In this document: positions 12,483-26,250 of the stretch, piece by piece
How the letters are laid out: each line of letters starts with the position of its first letter
Position numbering within the stretch: the stretch's first letter is position 1
Assembly (NCBI GenBank): GCA_964016885.1
Contig: OZ024741.1
Span: forward strand, 377,084,001-377,148,000
Direction of reading: 5' to 3'
DNA length: 64,000 bases
Source of the DNA: Eledone cirrhosa
Taxonomy: Eukaryota
The notes under the pieces: generated by a model
The model's input: the letters and a program-made list of their open reading frames with translations, nothing else
The model's database searches: none
Told to the model about the DNA's origin: nothing
Position numbers and translations under genes: made by a program

Positions 12483-13893
12483 CTCTTTAATTTTCTAATG
12501 TTATTCTGAATTCTTTCAACTTCATCCTATAATTCTAAACAATATTTTAACGTTCCAACTTTCTGTCGGACTGTTGGGTTGGTTTTCCTGGCGGCGGCAC
12601 CGGCCCCCTGGCGCATAGGCCTACCTTGAGTGCTTGGAAAAATAAATTTCCCCTTCTTTCTGGTAAATGAAACTACTCGGGTGGCTTCATTCGCCCCAGG
12701 GACCCAGCGCGCAGCCGGTTTTTTGACCGCCTTATAGTACCTTTAAATTACAGGTCAAATCAGAACTATTAGATGTATCACGCCTCCCTCTACTTAAGCA
12801 AATCCCCCTCCTGGGTAAAGGAATAGTACTGGTTTTGTACAGGGATGGCGTAACGATGCGGCTGACTTCCTGCTGGCGAACCTGAAGTCTGTTATACATT
12901 CCTAGAGTGTTCGGAAAAATCGATTTCCATATCTTTCGCTAGGCGATATCCCTCGGAGTGGATGGGCTGCGCAAGCCTGTAGTCGCCGCATGCTGCTTGA
13001 CGGCTAAACAAAGACATAATCTTTACTTTATAATAAAATGTAATTGTCTTCATAAAAGACTCTTTCTTTGCTTAAACCTCGCAACCTTAAACATGTTAAA
13101 CTGTTTAACTTTCAATTTTCTAATTTCTTTATTTTTATAATGTTAATATTAAATATTAAGTGTTTAACTTCATCCTATAAGTCTAAACAAAAATGTAACG
13201 TTCCAATCTTCTGCTCACACATTATAACATACTGACCCCCACTATATTTACCTCTGCTAAGATACGTGTCCCTTTGAACATATTTTTTTTGCGCCATTCC
13301 TGGCCTGACTAGTCTGACATTAATATCGACCTTTCTTCCTCTTCTTTCTATCTTTCTTCTTGTAGCCATCAACCCTGAATTTTCTTCTTCTTCCTTTTCT
13401 TGCTTTTCTTCCTTCTCTCCTCCCTTCTTTCTGTCTTTCTCCTTGTGGCATGATATTAACGCTGACTTATCATCCTCCCCCTTTTTGTTTGCCTATATTT
13501 GACCAGTAGTAGTTGTTAAAATACGGGTCCCTTAGAATAAACTTTTTTCGCGACATTCCTGGCCTGACTGTAATGCCGACCTTTCCTCCTCTTTCTTTCT
13601 GTCTTTCTTCTTATAGCTGACATTAACCCTGACTTCTCTTCTTCCTTTTCTTCTTTCTCCCTTCTTCTCTCTTCTGTCTTTCTTTCTTTTTTCTTGTGGC
13701 ATGATATTAACGCTGACTTATGTTCCTATTCCTTTCTGTTTTCCTTCATTTGACCGGTAGTAGCACACTGTAAGCTTTAGCCACGTCACTTGAGGGCGAC
13801 CAGCAAAGGTGGAAGATGCTGGATGGCGGTCGTCCTCGGGTCTTTGATTTTCAGCCCCACGGATTTTATCCATTACATTCACTTATATTTCGA

Positions 13894-13951
13894 ATACCTG
13901 ATGATATCACCGGATTCAAACGGAACCCGGTCATTGAAATGATCATAGTAT
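13894..13951 (+). ncRNA. Minimal type I hammerhead ribozyme
   Basis: ATAC-CTGATGA-stem II ACCGG/CCGGT-GAAA-TGATCA (palindrome)-TA-GTAT. Confidence 0.85.
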
Positions 13952-14003
13952 AATACACATTTCAAGGATTTACACAAGTCCAGCCTCCTGTCATTTCATT
14001 ATA

Positions 14004-14062
<59 letters not shown>

Positions 14063-14647
14063 GATAAATTATATAGTGATATATAAATATCATTTTTCTG
14101 AAATTATTCAACACACCACGTTCTTTTGAACAACACAATTCATTTTGGTTAAACAAAAATCCATACATGAAGATTTGTAAGTTTTTCTTCTACGTAAATA
14201 GATTTTATCATATCAAATGGAGCTAATATAAAACGTGTCATTTTTCAAATGTAAAATATAATGATTTGTGGAAACATTACTAAACAACTTTAGGAAGAAA
14301 ATAATGTAAAGTAAATATAATTATGACCGTTGTAAGCATAGTCTAAATGTGTGCATTGTGCAGGTTTCTTTATGTGCCACTTCTGGAGAGAGGTAGTTTT
14401 TAATGTATCCTTCACAAATATTTGTTTTACAAACTGCACACATAAACACACATACACATATGCGTGTAGACACACTCACTGCGCCATCACACAAGACGGA
14501 GTGATGCCATACATACACATAAACCAATTCAAAGAAGAAGCATACAATCTTATCTGCTTCGCTGTCCATCTCACTCTCTTATCTCTGTTTATCTGTGTCT
14601 CTCTTTCTCACAACCCCTCTCTGTCTCTCTCTCTCTCTCTCTCTCAC

Positions 14648-14688
<41 letters not shown>

Positions 14689-14831
14689 AACTATAACACA
14701 CACATACATAATATAGAGTCGGTCCAAGACACTCTACTATATTTACACCCTGCTACTTCAAGTATCGAGTAGTCTGTTGAATAATGTACCTTTTTTAGTT
14801 TAAACTGGTATAAACCTGATATATATATACT

Positions 14832-14921
<90 letters not shown>

Positions 14922-14924
14922 GTC

Positions 14925-14978
14925 TTAGAAATTTAAGGGAACGCAAACAAGTGAAAGACATTTTCCCTTCATCAGTCG
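14925..14978 (-). ncRNA. Degenerate hammerhead
   Basis: CTGATGA-AGGGAA..TTCCCT-TAAA (G12 mutated), close to (TA)n. Confidence 0.4.
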
Positions 14979-15219
14979 TGTACTACGGCTCAAGGATGTT
15001 TCAGCACAATATAGACCATACATCTATCCATAGCGCGCCCGTAACTTATTATTAACAGGGTATGAGGGAAAGAAAACACGAAAAAGCGAAGATAGCGAAG
15101 AGAGAGAAAGAGAGAAATATATAGCGAGAAAGAGAGAATAATATAGAGAAAATAGTGATAATGAAAGAGAAAAACGGAAAAGAAAATACCGATAGAGGGG
15201 GGGGGGGGACACGGGCCAA

Positions 15220-15790
15220 TGGCACCTGTAAGTAACCGTTGGGAGAGGAAGGATGAAGTTAGAAAAAGGCAGTTGGGATTAAGAACAGGGGCCTTATTAA
15301 GGGCGAGAGAGCTAAGAGAACACGTCTATTTTTGGTGGGAACGGCGTAAAGAGTGAGAGAGAGAGACGAAGGAAACGGAAGTGGTAAGGGGGAAGATAGA
15401 GAGAGGGGAGTTAGTGGGTGAGAGAGAAAGGGGGAGTTAGTGGGTGAGAGAGAGAAATGGAGGAGTGGAGGAAAAGAGTAATCCAAAAATTGGTAAGACA
15501 AGTCTGATCAGTATTACCACTTTTGGGTATTAACACTTTCCCTCCTCCTCCATTTCTCTCTTTCTCTCTCTGTCCCTCACTCACCCACTTTCTCTTTCTC
15601 CCCTTTCTCTCTGCCCACTTACCACTTCCGTTTCCTTCTTTTCTCTCTCTCTTTACGCCATTCACACCGAGAATAGACGTGTTCTCTTAGCTCTCTCGCT
15701 GATAATATGGGCCTGGGCTTAAATCCAACTGCTTTTTTAAAACATCGTCCTCTCCCCTCAGTTACTTACTTACGTGTGCAATTGTCCTGT
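15220..15790. repeat. Diverged fold-back element (purine-rich arm and pyrimidine-rich arm)
   Basis: GCGAGAGAGCTAAGAGAACACGTCTATT at about 15303 and its reverse complement at about 15672, with similarity extending over the flanks. Confidence 0.8.
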
Positions 15791-15939
15791 ATTTCTCCCT
15801 TCTATCGGGATAAATGTGCTGCAATTTACTGTTTCCTAAAACAGAAAGATGTGTTTACAATTGTAATTTGGTCATGATGGGATGATTACCCATCCTTTAG
15901 AACCTATATCTATATTGCATTCTCCAATATGCAAATACT

Positions 15940-16950
15940 AGCGGTTAGTTATGGAGTCTGTTGCAGCTGAAAGTTTTATGTAGTGCTCTTCTGGTGATTC
16001 ACTACGCGTCTGGCGGTGCGCAGTCATTGATAATCATGAGGACTATGATATAGTTGAAGGAAGCAAAAAGGATAAAATTAATGTAATATTTAATTTCCTG
16101 TAGTGTATTTTCTGATTGTGTGATAATCATCAAACCAATTCTGTTGGTCATTGCGATATGGTAATATAATTTTGATTGTACAAATATCACAATATTCACA
16201 TTTAATGGGCCCGTCATCATCTACGAATTTGTGATTGATCACAACAAACATTCTATACCAATCCATGTAAAGTTTAAATTGTTTATAAGAAATACGAAGT
16301 GTTCGTGCATTTTTGCAGCTAATAAAAATAATTTTGCCTGATTTGTAACCGCCAATGTAACCCACAAGGGAATGTTGGCATTGCTTTATACGTTTCTAGA
16401 AGTTGCGTCCTCATCAGATATACTTGGAGTAGGTAGCTTACCTTTATTTCCCAGAGGTTGTGTTTACAGGCAAATTTCAATTGTAACTGTACGACTAAGG
16501 CCTAAAAATTATTCTGTTACAACGCCTTTCGTTTCTGAGAAGAGTGGTATCCATAAGTGTTCGAAGCCAAAGTGCTGTGTACAATAGCATGTTTCTACAG
16601 TTATTATCTCGATACATAACAGCATCCAACATCGTTCTGATGTTCGAAAGGACTATTAATATAATCTGAGTTCTGCTCTAAGTTGTTTCCAGTATATGTG
16701 AATCTACCATGAGCAGATTACCGACGGCATAGCTCCTTAGTTCAAGCCGCTATATCAGGGTGAGAATTGTTTTCGAAAATATCTTTACAATTACACATGT
16801 ATATGCTCACATATATAAACATTGTCGGGGTTGCCGTGACATTACCACATCTCAGTCCATCCAATATCGTTTGACAGGCTTTGATATTTCTTCTGCATGG
16901 TGTCGATTAATCACCCACCTCATCATCATACACTATATTTATAAAAAGTA
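15940..16950 (-). pseudogene. Highly decayed Helitron-type PIF1 helicase relic
   Basis: Fragments MTGPLNVNIVIFV (cf. ILTG..G..VFIPRI), IIVLMIIND (cf. LAFAMTINK) and RYWMD.DVVMS (cf. IIWDE..M) occur in the expected order. Confidence 0.4.
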
Positions 16951-17169
16951 AATTCTCTATGAAATTAAGTTATCTTTTAATGAAATTTACTGTTATGTAT
17001 TCGTTGTGCTAATAAGACTCACGCACACACGCACACACACACATATATATGTGTGTGTGTGTCTGTGAGTGTGTCTATGAATATACCTTCATACATATAT
17101 ACATACACACATACATATGCACATATACCACACACACACATACATACACACACATACCTACACCCCCAC

Positions 17170-17217
<48 letters not shown>

Positions 17218-17257
17218 TATAAGTATTAATAAAATAGATGTTCTTTTGATCAATTAC

Positions 17258-17310
17258 ATTTTATTATACATATTTCGGATGTACAACAGCACGTCCTCAT
17301 CAGACAAAAT
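17258..17310 (-). ncRNA. Hammerhead ribozyme (inverted pLTR)
   Basis: ATTTTGT-CTGATGA-GGACGTGC-TGTT-GTACATCC-GAAA-TATGTA-TA-ATAAAAT. Confidence 0.85.
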
Positions 17311-19234
17311 ATAATGTTACATGACATACCCTGAGATGTTAAATGGTTAAGATTTAATCAAGGTAGTGATTAACCCGATAGTCAAACACCACAATATAGA
17401 ATTAAATAGAGTTAAGAAAAGTATAATAGAATTCTTTAAAACATACGACCTTAAATTAGAAGTAGAAAATGGTACCAAAATAGTTAATTTCCTTGACGTT
17501 ACCTTTAACTTAAACACCGGCTTCTATTACCCTTTTCATAAGCCTAATGGAAACTTAAATTATATTCGTAACTATTCAAATCACCCTAGATCTGTAGAAA
17601 AAGCTATAGTAAATAGTGTGCATAAACGTTTTAATCAGCTAATATTTGATAAAAATGCTGAATACTAAAACAACGCGTTAAAAAGAGCAGGATATATGAA
17701 TAATATAGAATATGTAGATAATAACTCTCCAAGTATTATTCCTAATAATAATAATAAAAATAATAATAACATATATAAGAATAACTCAAATAATTATAAC
17801 TCAAACACACATACGCTTAATAAATCGAGAATACGAACTAGATCTAAACCTGTCATATGGTTTGCAGCCCCTGCTTCGATCACAGTTAAAACACCAATTG
17901 CAAAACTATTCTTTAAAGCTCTTGACACCTCTTTCCCTACTCAACATAAACACTATTCCATCTTTAATAGACATACCATTAAATTCGCAAATTCTACAAC
18001 CAGTAACATGGCCCAAAACATCGCCAAATTAAACGCCAAAATCCTAAAACCAAACCAACATATTGATTATAATAATAGAGTTAACATTAATGATACTAAA
18101 CCAAAATGTAATTGTAGAAATAAAAATAATTGCCCTTTGCAAAATAATTGTTTAGATAGTAATTTGGTTTATAAATTCACCGTAAAAACTGACCACAAAA
18201 CATACAATTACATTGGATCAACCTCGTCCACATTCAAGGTTCGTTTTGCGAACCATAAATGCTCATTCTCGAACTCTTAGAAGAAATCATCCACGTCTTT
18301 ATCACAGCTCATATGGTCTTTAAAAGAGAAGAATTTAGAATACTCCATTCTTTGGACAAAATTTCGGATCGGTGGAATTTACCGCAACTCTAGTATATCA
18401 AATAACTGCCCGCTCTGTACAATGGAGACCCTGTTGGTTATTAATAACTATGAGACCCTAATTAACAAAAAAAGTGAATTATTCTCTAGTTGCCTCCATA
18501 AAGCTACGTCCACTTTTTTAACCTCACATAAAACGAGAAGGAAAGAACCTATACCAACTCGGTTACCAGGAATATATAATCGACAGTAAAAAACATCAAT
18601 GGCCTTTAATGTTGCTTTATTTTATAACTATCTATAGAAAAAACAACGTTAGAATGAATGACAATATTTCAATTAACATGCCTAAACATTGATACACACA
18701 ACATTATTTGTTAACTTTGATCAACACCATCATTTCTTTATCTCATTATTTCTATCTATAATTTAGTACAATACCTAATCCTTACATATTTATTGAATTT
18801 ATTTAACTGTGAATTTTAAATACATTTGCGATCTCTTTTAAATTTTAGTTTAATACCCAATCCATAAATTTTTATGAAACTTATCTATAACTCCAAATTG
18901 TTAATGTGTTTTTTATCTATTATTTATAGTATAATATAGCATATATTTCTTTTAAATATACTTACTGCACTATAAAATCTAAATTTTGAGACGGATTCAA
19001 ACTTATATATAAATGTGAATTTTTCGCTGTACTTTCGATCTCTTATTTATTTATTTATAATATAATGTATTATAATATATATGTAGTTATATATTGTATT
19101 TTATATATTTGTAAATATTTTTAAATATACCTACCACATTTCTATATATATGATTCAAATATAGAGAAAATATCCAAACTAAAAATTATTATAGACATTA
19201 TTTTGAACTCTGTATACACTCATTGTTTGTTTTT

Positions 19235-19278
<44 letters not shown>

Positions 19279-20108
19279 AATGTGGATACGTTGATAAGAG
19301 AATAACTGTTATCATTTATCTAAAGTATAGTACACTAATAATACCTAATATATGTCTATATATATACATCCCTATATCTAATACTATGTTGATATCTTGG
19401 TTGATGAATAATTAGTACATTTACACCCATATGTATATGTTTATCCTTAACATATTATTTTATTTTTATCTTCGTCGTTATTATTTACCTTAAACATACT
19501 GGCTCATTAATATATACCTATATACATAATAGTTATTTAAATATGTATAACAATAAGTACTTCAAAAGCTTTCCATACCTAATATGTTTGTATATTTGTT
19601 AAAGTTTAAATTTAGGTAAATAATCAACAGTATAATATTTCATTCTTTATGTGCCAGCTAAATACTTTAAATGTTATTCTCACTATTCAGAAGTATAGAA
19701 ATGATAACACACTTATCGAATTTATATAAATAATATATAAATAACCAGCAAATAATCCTGAAATCTGGAGTCTTCACCCTAATATTGTAAATTAAATATT
19801 TTCAAATCTAACCGAACTTTCGAAAAAAAAACCCACACTTTATTTTTCCCTCTTTATAAATCTTTTTTCCAGTGGCTGTTATGAATCATGAGACGTTTCC
19901 TAGATATACTGTAGTATCATACACTTTAAAATTGTAGACAACTTACAGTATTCAACGTTTTTTTATTACTCACACATTCTCTACTGAATTTATTACGTTT
20001 TAGCATTTTCTCATAGATAGGATATAAGTAAAATTTTCTATCGGGTTAATCACTACCTTGATTAAATCTTAACCATTTAACATCTCAGGGTATGTCATGT
20101 ATCATTAT

Positions 20109-20161
20109 ATTTTGTCTGATGAGGACGTACTGTTGTACATCCGAAATATGTATAATAAAAT
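20109..20161 (+). ncRNA. Type I hammerhead ribozyme in 3' pLTR
   Basis: 7-bp stem I, CTGATGA 20116-20122, G10.1-C11.1 stem II, GAAA 20143-20146. Predicted cleavage after 20154. Confidence 0.9.
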
Positions 20162-20303
20162 GTAATTGATCAAAAGAACATCTATTTTATTAATACTTAT
20201 ATTTTAATATTAATAACTCCAGAAAATTATTTTTAACCGTTGAGTGCTTCCAATCTACTGTAAAACTCATTCTTTGACATAATCATTGAATGTTGTTTAA
20301 CAA

Positions 20304-20421
<118 letters not shown>

Positions 20422-20831
20422 TTCGTGAGATTATTGATCATGGCACACAACTGAACTAAAAGAAAATAATATTCCTGTAAAAAATGTAACATATTCAGGC
20501 ATTGATATTTATCCATTATTAAAAAAAATCCTACACTGAATGATTTTATGATATGTAGGTCATGAGGTATTCTTTCACTTGTAAAACATAACGATTCGTA
20601 TAGATGTATAACAAGACAGTCATAGTTAGAAAATGCTAAACTAAAAATGTTAAACATTGAAGTTGTACGCATATTTCCATAATACTTCCGTCTGCATTGA
20701 ATACTTGTCTTTTCTCGTGATTTCCACTGAGCCCTCCATATAAGAATCACACACACATATAAATATACCCACGAACACACACCGGAATATATACCATCGA
20801 AAATCCCTCTGAACATATATATATATAGATA

Positions 20832-21781
20832 TATGAATAAAAATTAGAAAGAGAAGCCAGGACTATCCATCATAAGTGATCTACTAGCCATCATAGGTAT
20901 TTCTTCGCATTAAAGATCAGATACCTAAGGCTAGCGCGAACGATAAGTAAAATAAGTTATTGGGATAAAAATAATTGGGTGGACAAATAGAGACAGGTAA
21001 AAATACAAGAATGGTGAGGCAACGTAAAAAGAGGAAAAAATGAGAAAATCAAGTCAGTGATTCATGTGAACATAAGAACTTGCGAATCAATGACGAGAAG
21101 ACGAAAGAGACATCTTGGCCGTGCGAAAAGTGAGCGAGAAAAGAATTTCGCACAGTGTGGAACGATGGAGGAAGTGAGAGAGGGTAAGTGGCAGAGAGTG
21201 AGTGAGTGAAAATGTGAGGAAGATACTACCCGAGAGAGGGTGCCTAGCAGGGGGAGGGAGTGAATGAAAGTAAGAGGTAGAGGAGAGAGAAGGGGGAGAG
21301 AGAAAGACGAAGAGAAAAAGACAGGTCACAGCGACGAGGAAAGCATATAGGAATGAAAAATGGCGTGCTGTGTTGTGGCGAATGTGATACATATGAATAA
21401 CAATTAGAAAGAGAAGCCAGGACAATCCATCATCAGTGATCTACTTTTCGCACGGCCAAGGTGTGTCTCTCATCTTCTCGTCATTGATTCGCAAGTTCTT
21501 ATGTTCACATGTATCACTGACTTGATTTTCTCATTTTTTCCTCTCTTTACGTTGCCTTACTATTCTTGTTTGTTTACCTGTCTCTCTTTCTCCACCCAAT
21601 TCTTTTTATCCCAATAACTTATTTCGTTATTGTTCGCGCTAGCCTGAGGTATCTGATCTTTAATGTGAAGAAATACCTATGATGGCTAGTAGATCACTGA
21701 TGATGGATAGTTCTGGCTTCTCTTTCTAATTTGCATTCATATGTATCACATCCGCAACAACACAGTACGCCATTTTTCATT

Positions 21782-21785
<4 letters not shown>
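20832..21785. mobile_element. Non-coding ~555-bp tandem unit (about 1.1 copies) followed by an inverted, permuted partial copy
   Basis: ATATGAATA..AGAAGCCAGGAC recurs at about 20832 and 21387. 21446-21785 is inverted and reads through the unit junction. Confidence 0.75.
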
Positions 21786-21826
<41 letters not shown>

Positions 21827-21902
21827 CGAAGGAAGTGTGGTAAGGAACCAGGTGGACCATAATGCACCGGAGTACTCAATACTTAGGGTAGTAGAGGGGG
21901 TA

Positions 21903-22022
21903 ATAGGAAAATGTACAAGACCCCGATGGCAGAGCTCAAGCCGTTTCGACGGCTATTTCTGGACTGAAATAGCCGTCGAAACGGCTTGAGCTCTGCCGTC
22001 GGGGTCTTGTACATTTTCCTAT
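21903..22022. repeat. 57-bp-arm palindrome with a 6-nt loop
   Basis: Arms are complementary except for one G-T pair. Loop TGGACT at 21960-21965. Confidence 0.95.
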
Positions 22023-22745
22023 ATATATATATATATATATATATGTGTGATATATTTAGTATTTTCTTCCGAACAAAAAGGAAATAATTACGCTAGTTTA
22101 CTAGAGGGATTATTATGTATACAGTATATCTAAAATGAGATTCATAATCCCCCGGAATACCCTAGTTTTCCGTAGATTGCTCTACCCTAGTTACTCTCCA
22201 AATAATTGGAGGTCTTCTCAAAGAGGTGTTCCGAAAACATTGTTTCCGTTATCACCCACTTTCACATTGTCTGGTAACTATTTGAAACTGCAACTTTATT
22301 ATTGGCAGATTTTCTGATAGACACGGTTCCGGATAATAAAATGTATAACCATAATAAAATGTTAATTTAAAGAAGTTGTGAATCTTACCAGAGCTATTCT
22401 TCGATCTCCAAGCTATGCTCTCTATCAAGTATCGTTACACAAAAGACACCACAGAAACAAAAAAAAAACATTTTGTCCGCTTAAGTTCGTGCTCATATTC
22501 TTTCGGTCTAATTACTTGTCGTTAATACCAAACTGTGGATAGCTAGATTCGGTTTTACACCTCCCTCCCTTCTTCCGATGACCGAATGCTGAAACTGACC
22601 TATGCAGTTCTTTCACGTAATTCATCCTTCTATTTTCCATCATTTGTGAACACTCTTTCGAAATATTGGTAACTAGAATACTCCGAGAAGCAATTTCTGA
22701 AACAGACCGATAAATTATGTAATTATATATATATATATATATATA

Positions 22746-24170
22746 GTGGTAGAACACTGGAAGGTAATATCCGTAGAGCACTCAGTCCATGGCACGAGTT
22801 AGGTAGACGTTGTTACGAAACAGTTAGTTCACCATACCGAGAACAATTGTTCCACCTTAGCGGATCCTCAGCTCGTAATAGGCATGGTTATGCGGAATAG
22901 GCATGGTTATGCGGAATAGGAAGGACAACAGTATTAACGCGCATGCGCAGAAATTCGTCACTTCACACAAGCAGTACTAAAATGCGTGCCAGAGGTGTAA
23001 GGGAGATAACTGCGAAAGTACAAAAAGTTTTTAGTTGATAAGAAAAAATATTGATGTTGTTACAATAATTCATTCAATCCGGAGCTTTGTAGTTATGCAA
23101 TAGGTGTTTCGAGACGTGTGGGCAACGTGTAAACAATTCATTTCTCGTGTTTAGGCAATCACTATTGCATAATCTCATTAGAATATTTAATCGTTCGTCA
23201 ATACACAGTCCACACGATGGATTTCCCCTTGCGTATGGCTTGGACTTAGTGATGGCTTTCTATTGAATGGAGAAGTCTATACTTAAGTCGTTGAGGGACC
23301 ATATGTGGCTCGCGAGTTTTGTGGAGTTCTGGGGACCTAAAAGTCGACTAATGGCTCAGGAAACGTTCCTTAAATCCATGCTCACATAGGATTTGACCTC
23401 CTGTGGTTGGTTTGGTCGGTTGGAAGTGACCACTGCTTCATAAATTACAACTGGTGTGTTGCATTGCTGTTGAAGGGAGCAAGCTTCGGACTTACAGCAA
23501 GAGCACCCTGGTGAGGTGTTGCTCCTAGGGCTGATGGTGATGTGGGCCTTCACGTTCTTAGCGCAGGAGTATCCTAGTTTTACTTTGTGTCGGTTAAAGA
23601 TGGAACGGTATTTATGACATATGTGAAAGTGTCTATCTAAGAGGGCTAAAAATTGTTTGCCTACATTGGTTTTAAAGTTGAGTGAGAAGGGAGGATATAG
23701 TTTGTCTATTGTTGGCTTTCTTTTCTTATTGCTGTTGTTGATAGTGGGAGAGTAAGTGATAGGTTTTGAGAAGCCGCTGTTAGCTTACGCCGTGTTATAG
23801 TAGAGTGCCGCCCTGTCAAAGATAGCCTTATTAGAGGAGAGGTTTGAGATTCTAGTACTGATATTATTTACGAAGTTTCTAAAAACAGTGGGATGGTGGC
23901 ATGAGTTCTTGTGAATGTAATTGAGTTTTTCGTTTAGCTTATAGAAGGGTCTGTGGGTGTATGTGCGAAGGTCTAAATTAATGTCTAAGAAATCTACGCT
24001 AGAGAGGTTGGCAGCTACTGTTATCCTAAGTCCTAACTCATTGAAGGTAGAATTTAAGTCTTTTATAAACCGGTCGATGTCGCGACCACTTTTATGGCTC
24101 GATAATGTCAGTCCATCGTCGCGGTATATTCCCGTGTGGAAGTCCGGGAATCTAACATGTAATATGTCCA
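22746..24170 (-). mobile_element. 5'-truncated Penelope-like element
   Basis: GIYRDDGL, FLDINLDL and SCHHP (ORF 23785-24171), CSCCKSEACSLQQQC and VIYEA..SYV (ORF 23356-23553). pLTR with hammerhead. Confidence 0.92.
22838..22875 (-). ncRNA. Minimal hammerhead (GAAA mutated to GGAA)
   Basis: CGAG-CTGAGGA-TCCGCTAAGGT-GGAA-CAATTG-TT-CTCG. Confidence 0.7.
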
Positions 24171-25251
24171 ATATATATATATATATATTAGTAGAACTAA
24201 TTTTATGTACACATCATTTCACCCAGTGATTTGATATGAGGATGTAGGAAAATGGTTTCCTACTAGATTAAAATATGTTCTCGTTTTCTTTCCTATGTTT
24301 CAAGTTCTTTCTATCATTCTATCTTTTCATATCGTCCAAAATATTAGGAGTATCTTGCTTCTATGTCAAATGATAAACTAATATATATTGCAGAGAACCA
24401 ATTGTCTTAGGTACGCAGTTAAATGATTCTCAAGAGAACATTAAATTATTTTAAATACTTTTATTTGTAATGAGCTTTCTATTTTAAGTTTTGTTCAAGA
24501 GAAAGACTTTATTCTCCAGTAACGTATTCAATGTATTGGCAGAGTCTCAGATACTGTGCAAATGTTGGGTTATTTTACCTTTCAATCCCTATTCGTATTA
24601 TATATTCCAAAGAAAACGATATCATTATCGATAAAGGTAACCACCTAACTCCTTCCCAGAATAAAATCCTATATTTGTATATATAATTGCTTCGAATACG
24701 TATTACCATTATGTATACATCTCAAGTGCAACCAAAGTCAAATTTGCCTTTCATTCTTTCGTTGTTCATAATATAAATTTAGACTGAATTTCTGAATCTA
24801 TTTCATCGACTCCATCCCAACAATTGCTTGACTTGTATCAATATTAGGAACCATTATATATGTAGCAGATAAACACAGTGCATTCACAGTGTCATTAGAT
24901 CGCGGGCCGTATATTTTGCCCTATTTAGTTACGGCTCTGACATTCCGAGTTTAAATCCTGCCGTGATAAACTCTACTTATAATCCAAACGGTGTGGTATT
25001 AGATTGGCAGGGAAAACCCACAGACACGTACTAGTTTGACATATCTCTTTCTCCTCACCACAAAATGTTAATCTTGTGCCTGAAATAGAAATCATTTTAT
25101 ATGCAGCACTTGTACCACACAATATATGGAATATAGAAAAATGATATTAGTGATTTATTACATTTATTTCCTTTCATTTAAAAAAAGTAGATTTTCCTTT
25201 ACCTCATATCAAATCACTGGCTGAAATGATGTGTACATAAAATTAGCTCTA

Positions 25252-25313
<62 letters not shown>

Positions 25314-25390
25314 ATTATCGGTCTTTTTTACATTCATAATCATCATCATATATATTTTTTATATATGTGAGCGTGTGTATGCGCGCGCGA

Positions 25391-25477
<87 letters not shown>

Positions 25478-25939
25478 TGTTTATGTGTATCCATATAAAT
25501 TAAATTTTTTAAATTTACTGCTTCAATTAAACATTTTTTAGTATTTATTAAATTCAGAAGTGATCATAAAATAAATTTACTTTGCAAATAATGTTCGAAG
25601 TACTTGCTGGCATAATTACAATTCAATATACAATTTCGAGGAAATATGTTTAACAAACGTATATACAGATATACAGATTCATATGGCGAAGCAATTTTCT
25701 GCACGTGGGTACAGATTTTCCATGAAATCTGAATTTAGAAAGTAGTTTAATATAAAATATACAATTACATTTCCTAGGCTACCTTTTAGATTTGTTGGTT
25801 GAACTAAATAATATTGACATTATACGAGCCATTACACAGTTGTAAACATTTCATTTGAAATTTCTTAATTTACCGAGTCATATGATGTATTTCTCTGTCA
25901 AATATGTATTAGTATGTAGGTGCGACGACAAAAAATACC

Positions 25940-26250
25940 TAGCCTACCACATTAGAGTGGTCGTAAAGGAGTCACAACCCACACTGAAAGTTGGTAGTGT
26001 AGGTGTCACGACAAAAAGCACCCATACCACAGTGTAAAGTGGGCATGTAGGATTCACGAGAAAAAAGCACCCATCACACTCTTTAAATTTGGTTGGGGTT
26101 AGGAGGAAATCTAGCCAGAAACACTCCGAATCAAGCAAGTCACGGTCACCTGACCCAACTTGCTTCAAATTGGACAACCCATCTAACCCATGCTAGCATG
26201 GAAATTGGACGTTAAACGATGATGATGTTGATGGTGGTGGTGGTGATGAT
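25940..26250 (+). mobile_element. SINE 3' half with internal repeats and an RTE-type (GAT)n tail
   Basis: AAAAAGCACCCAT repeats and tail CCCATGCTAGCATGGAAATTGGACGTTAAACGATGATGATG. Confidence 0.75.

Larger units (their letters stand above)
11891..14005 (+). mobile_element. Non-coding PLE 3' UTR/pLTR-like element with internal duplications
   Basis: Direct repeats at about 12170-12560 vs 13045-13210 and 13283-13510 vs 13543-13762. Terminal hammerhead, ends at (TA)n, and shows patchy similarity to 3540-3780. Confidence 0.55.
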
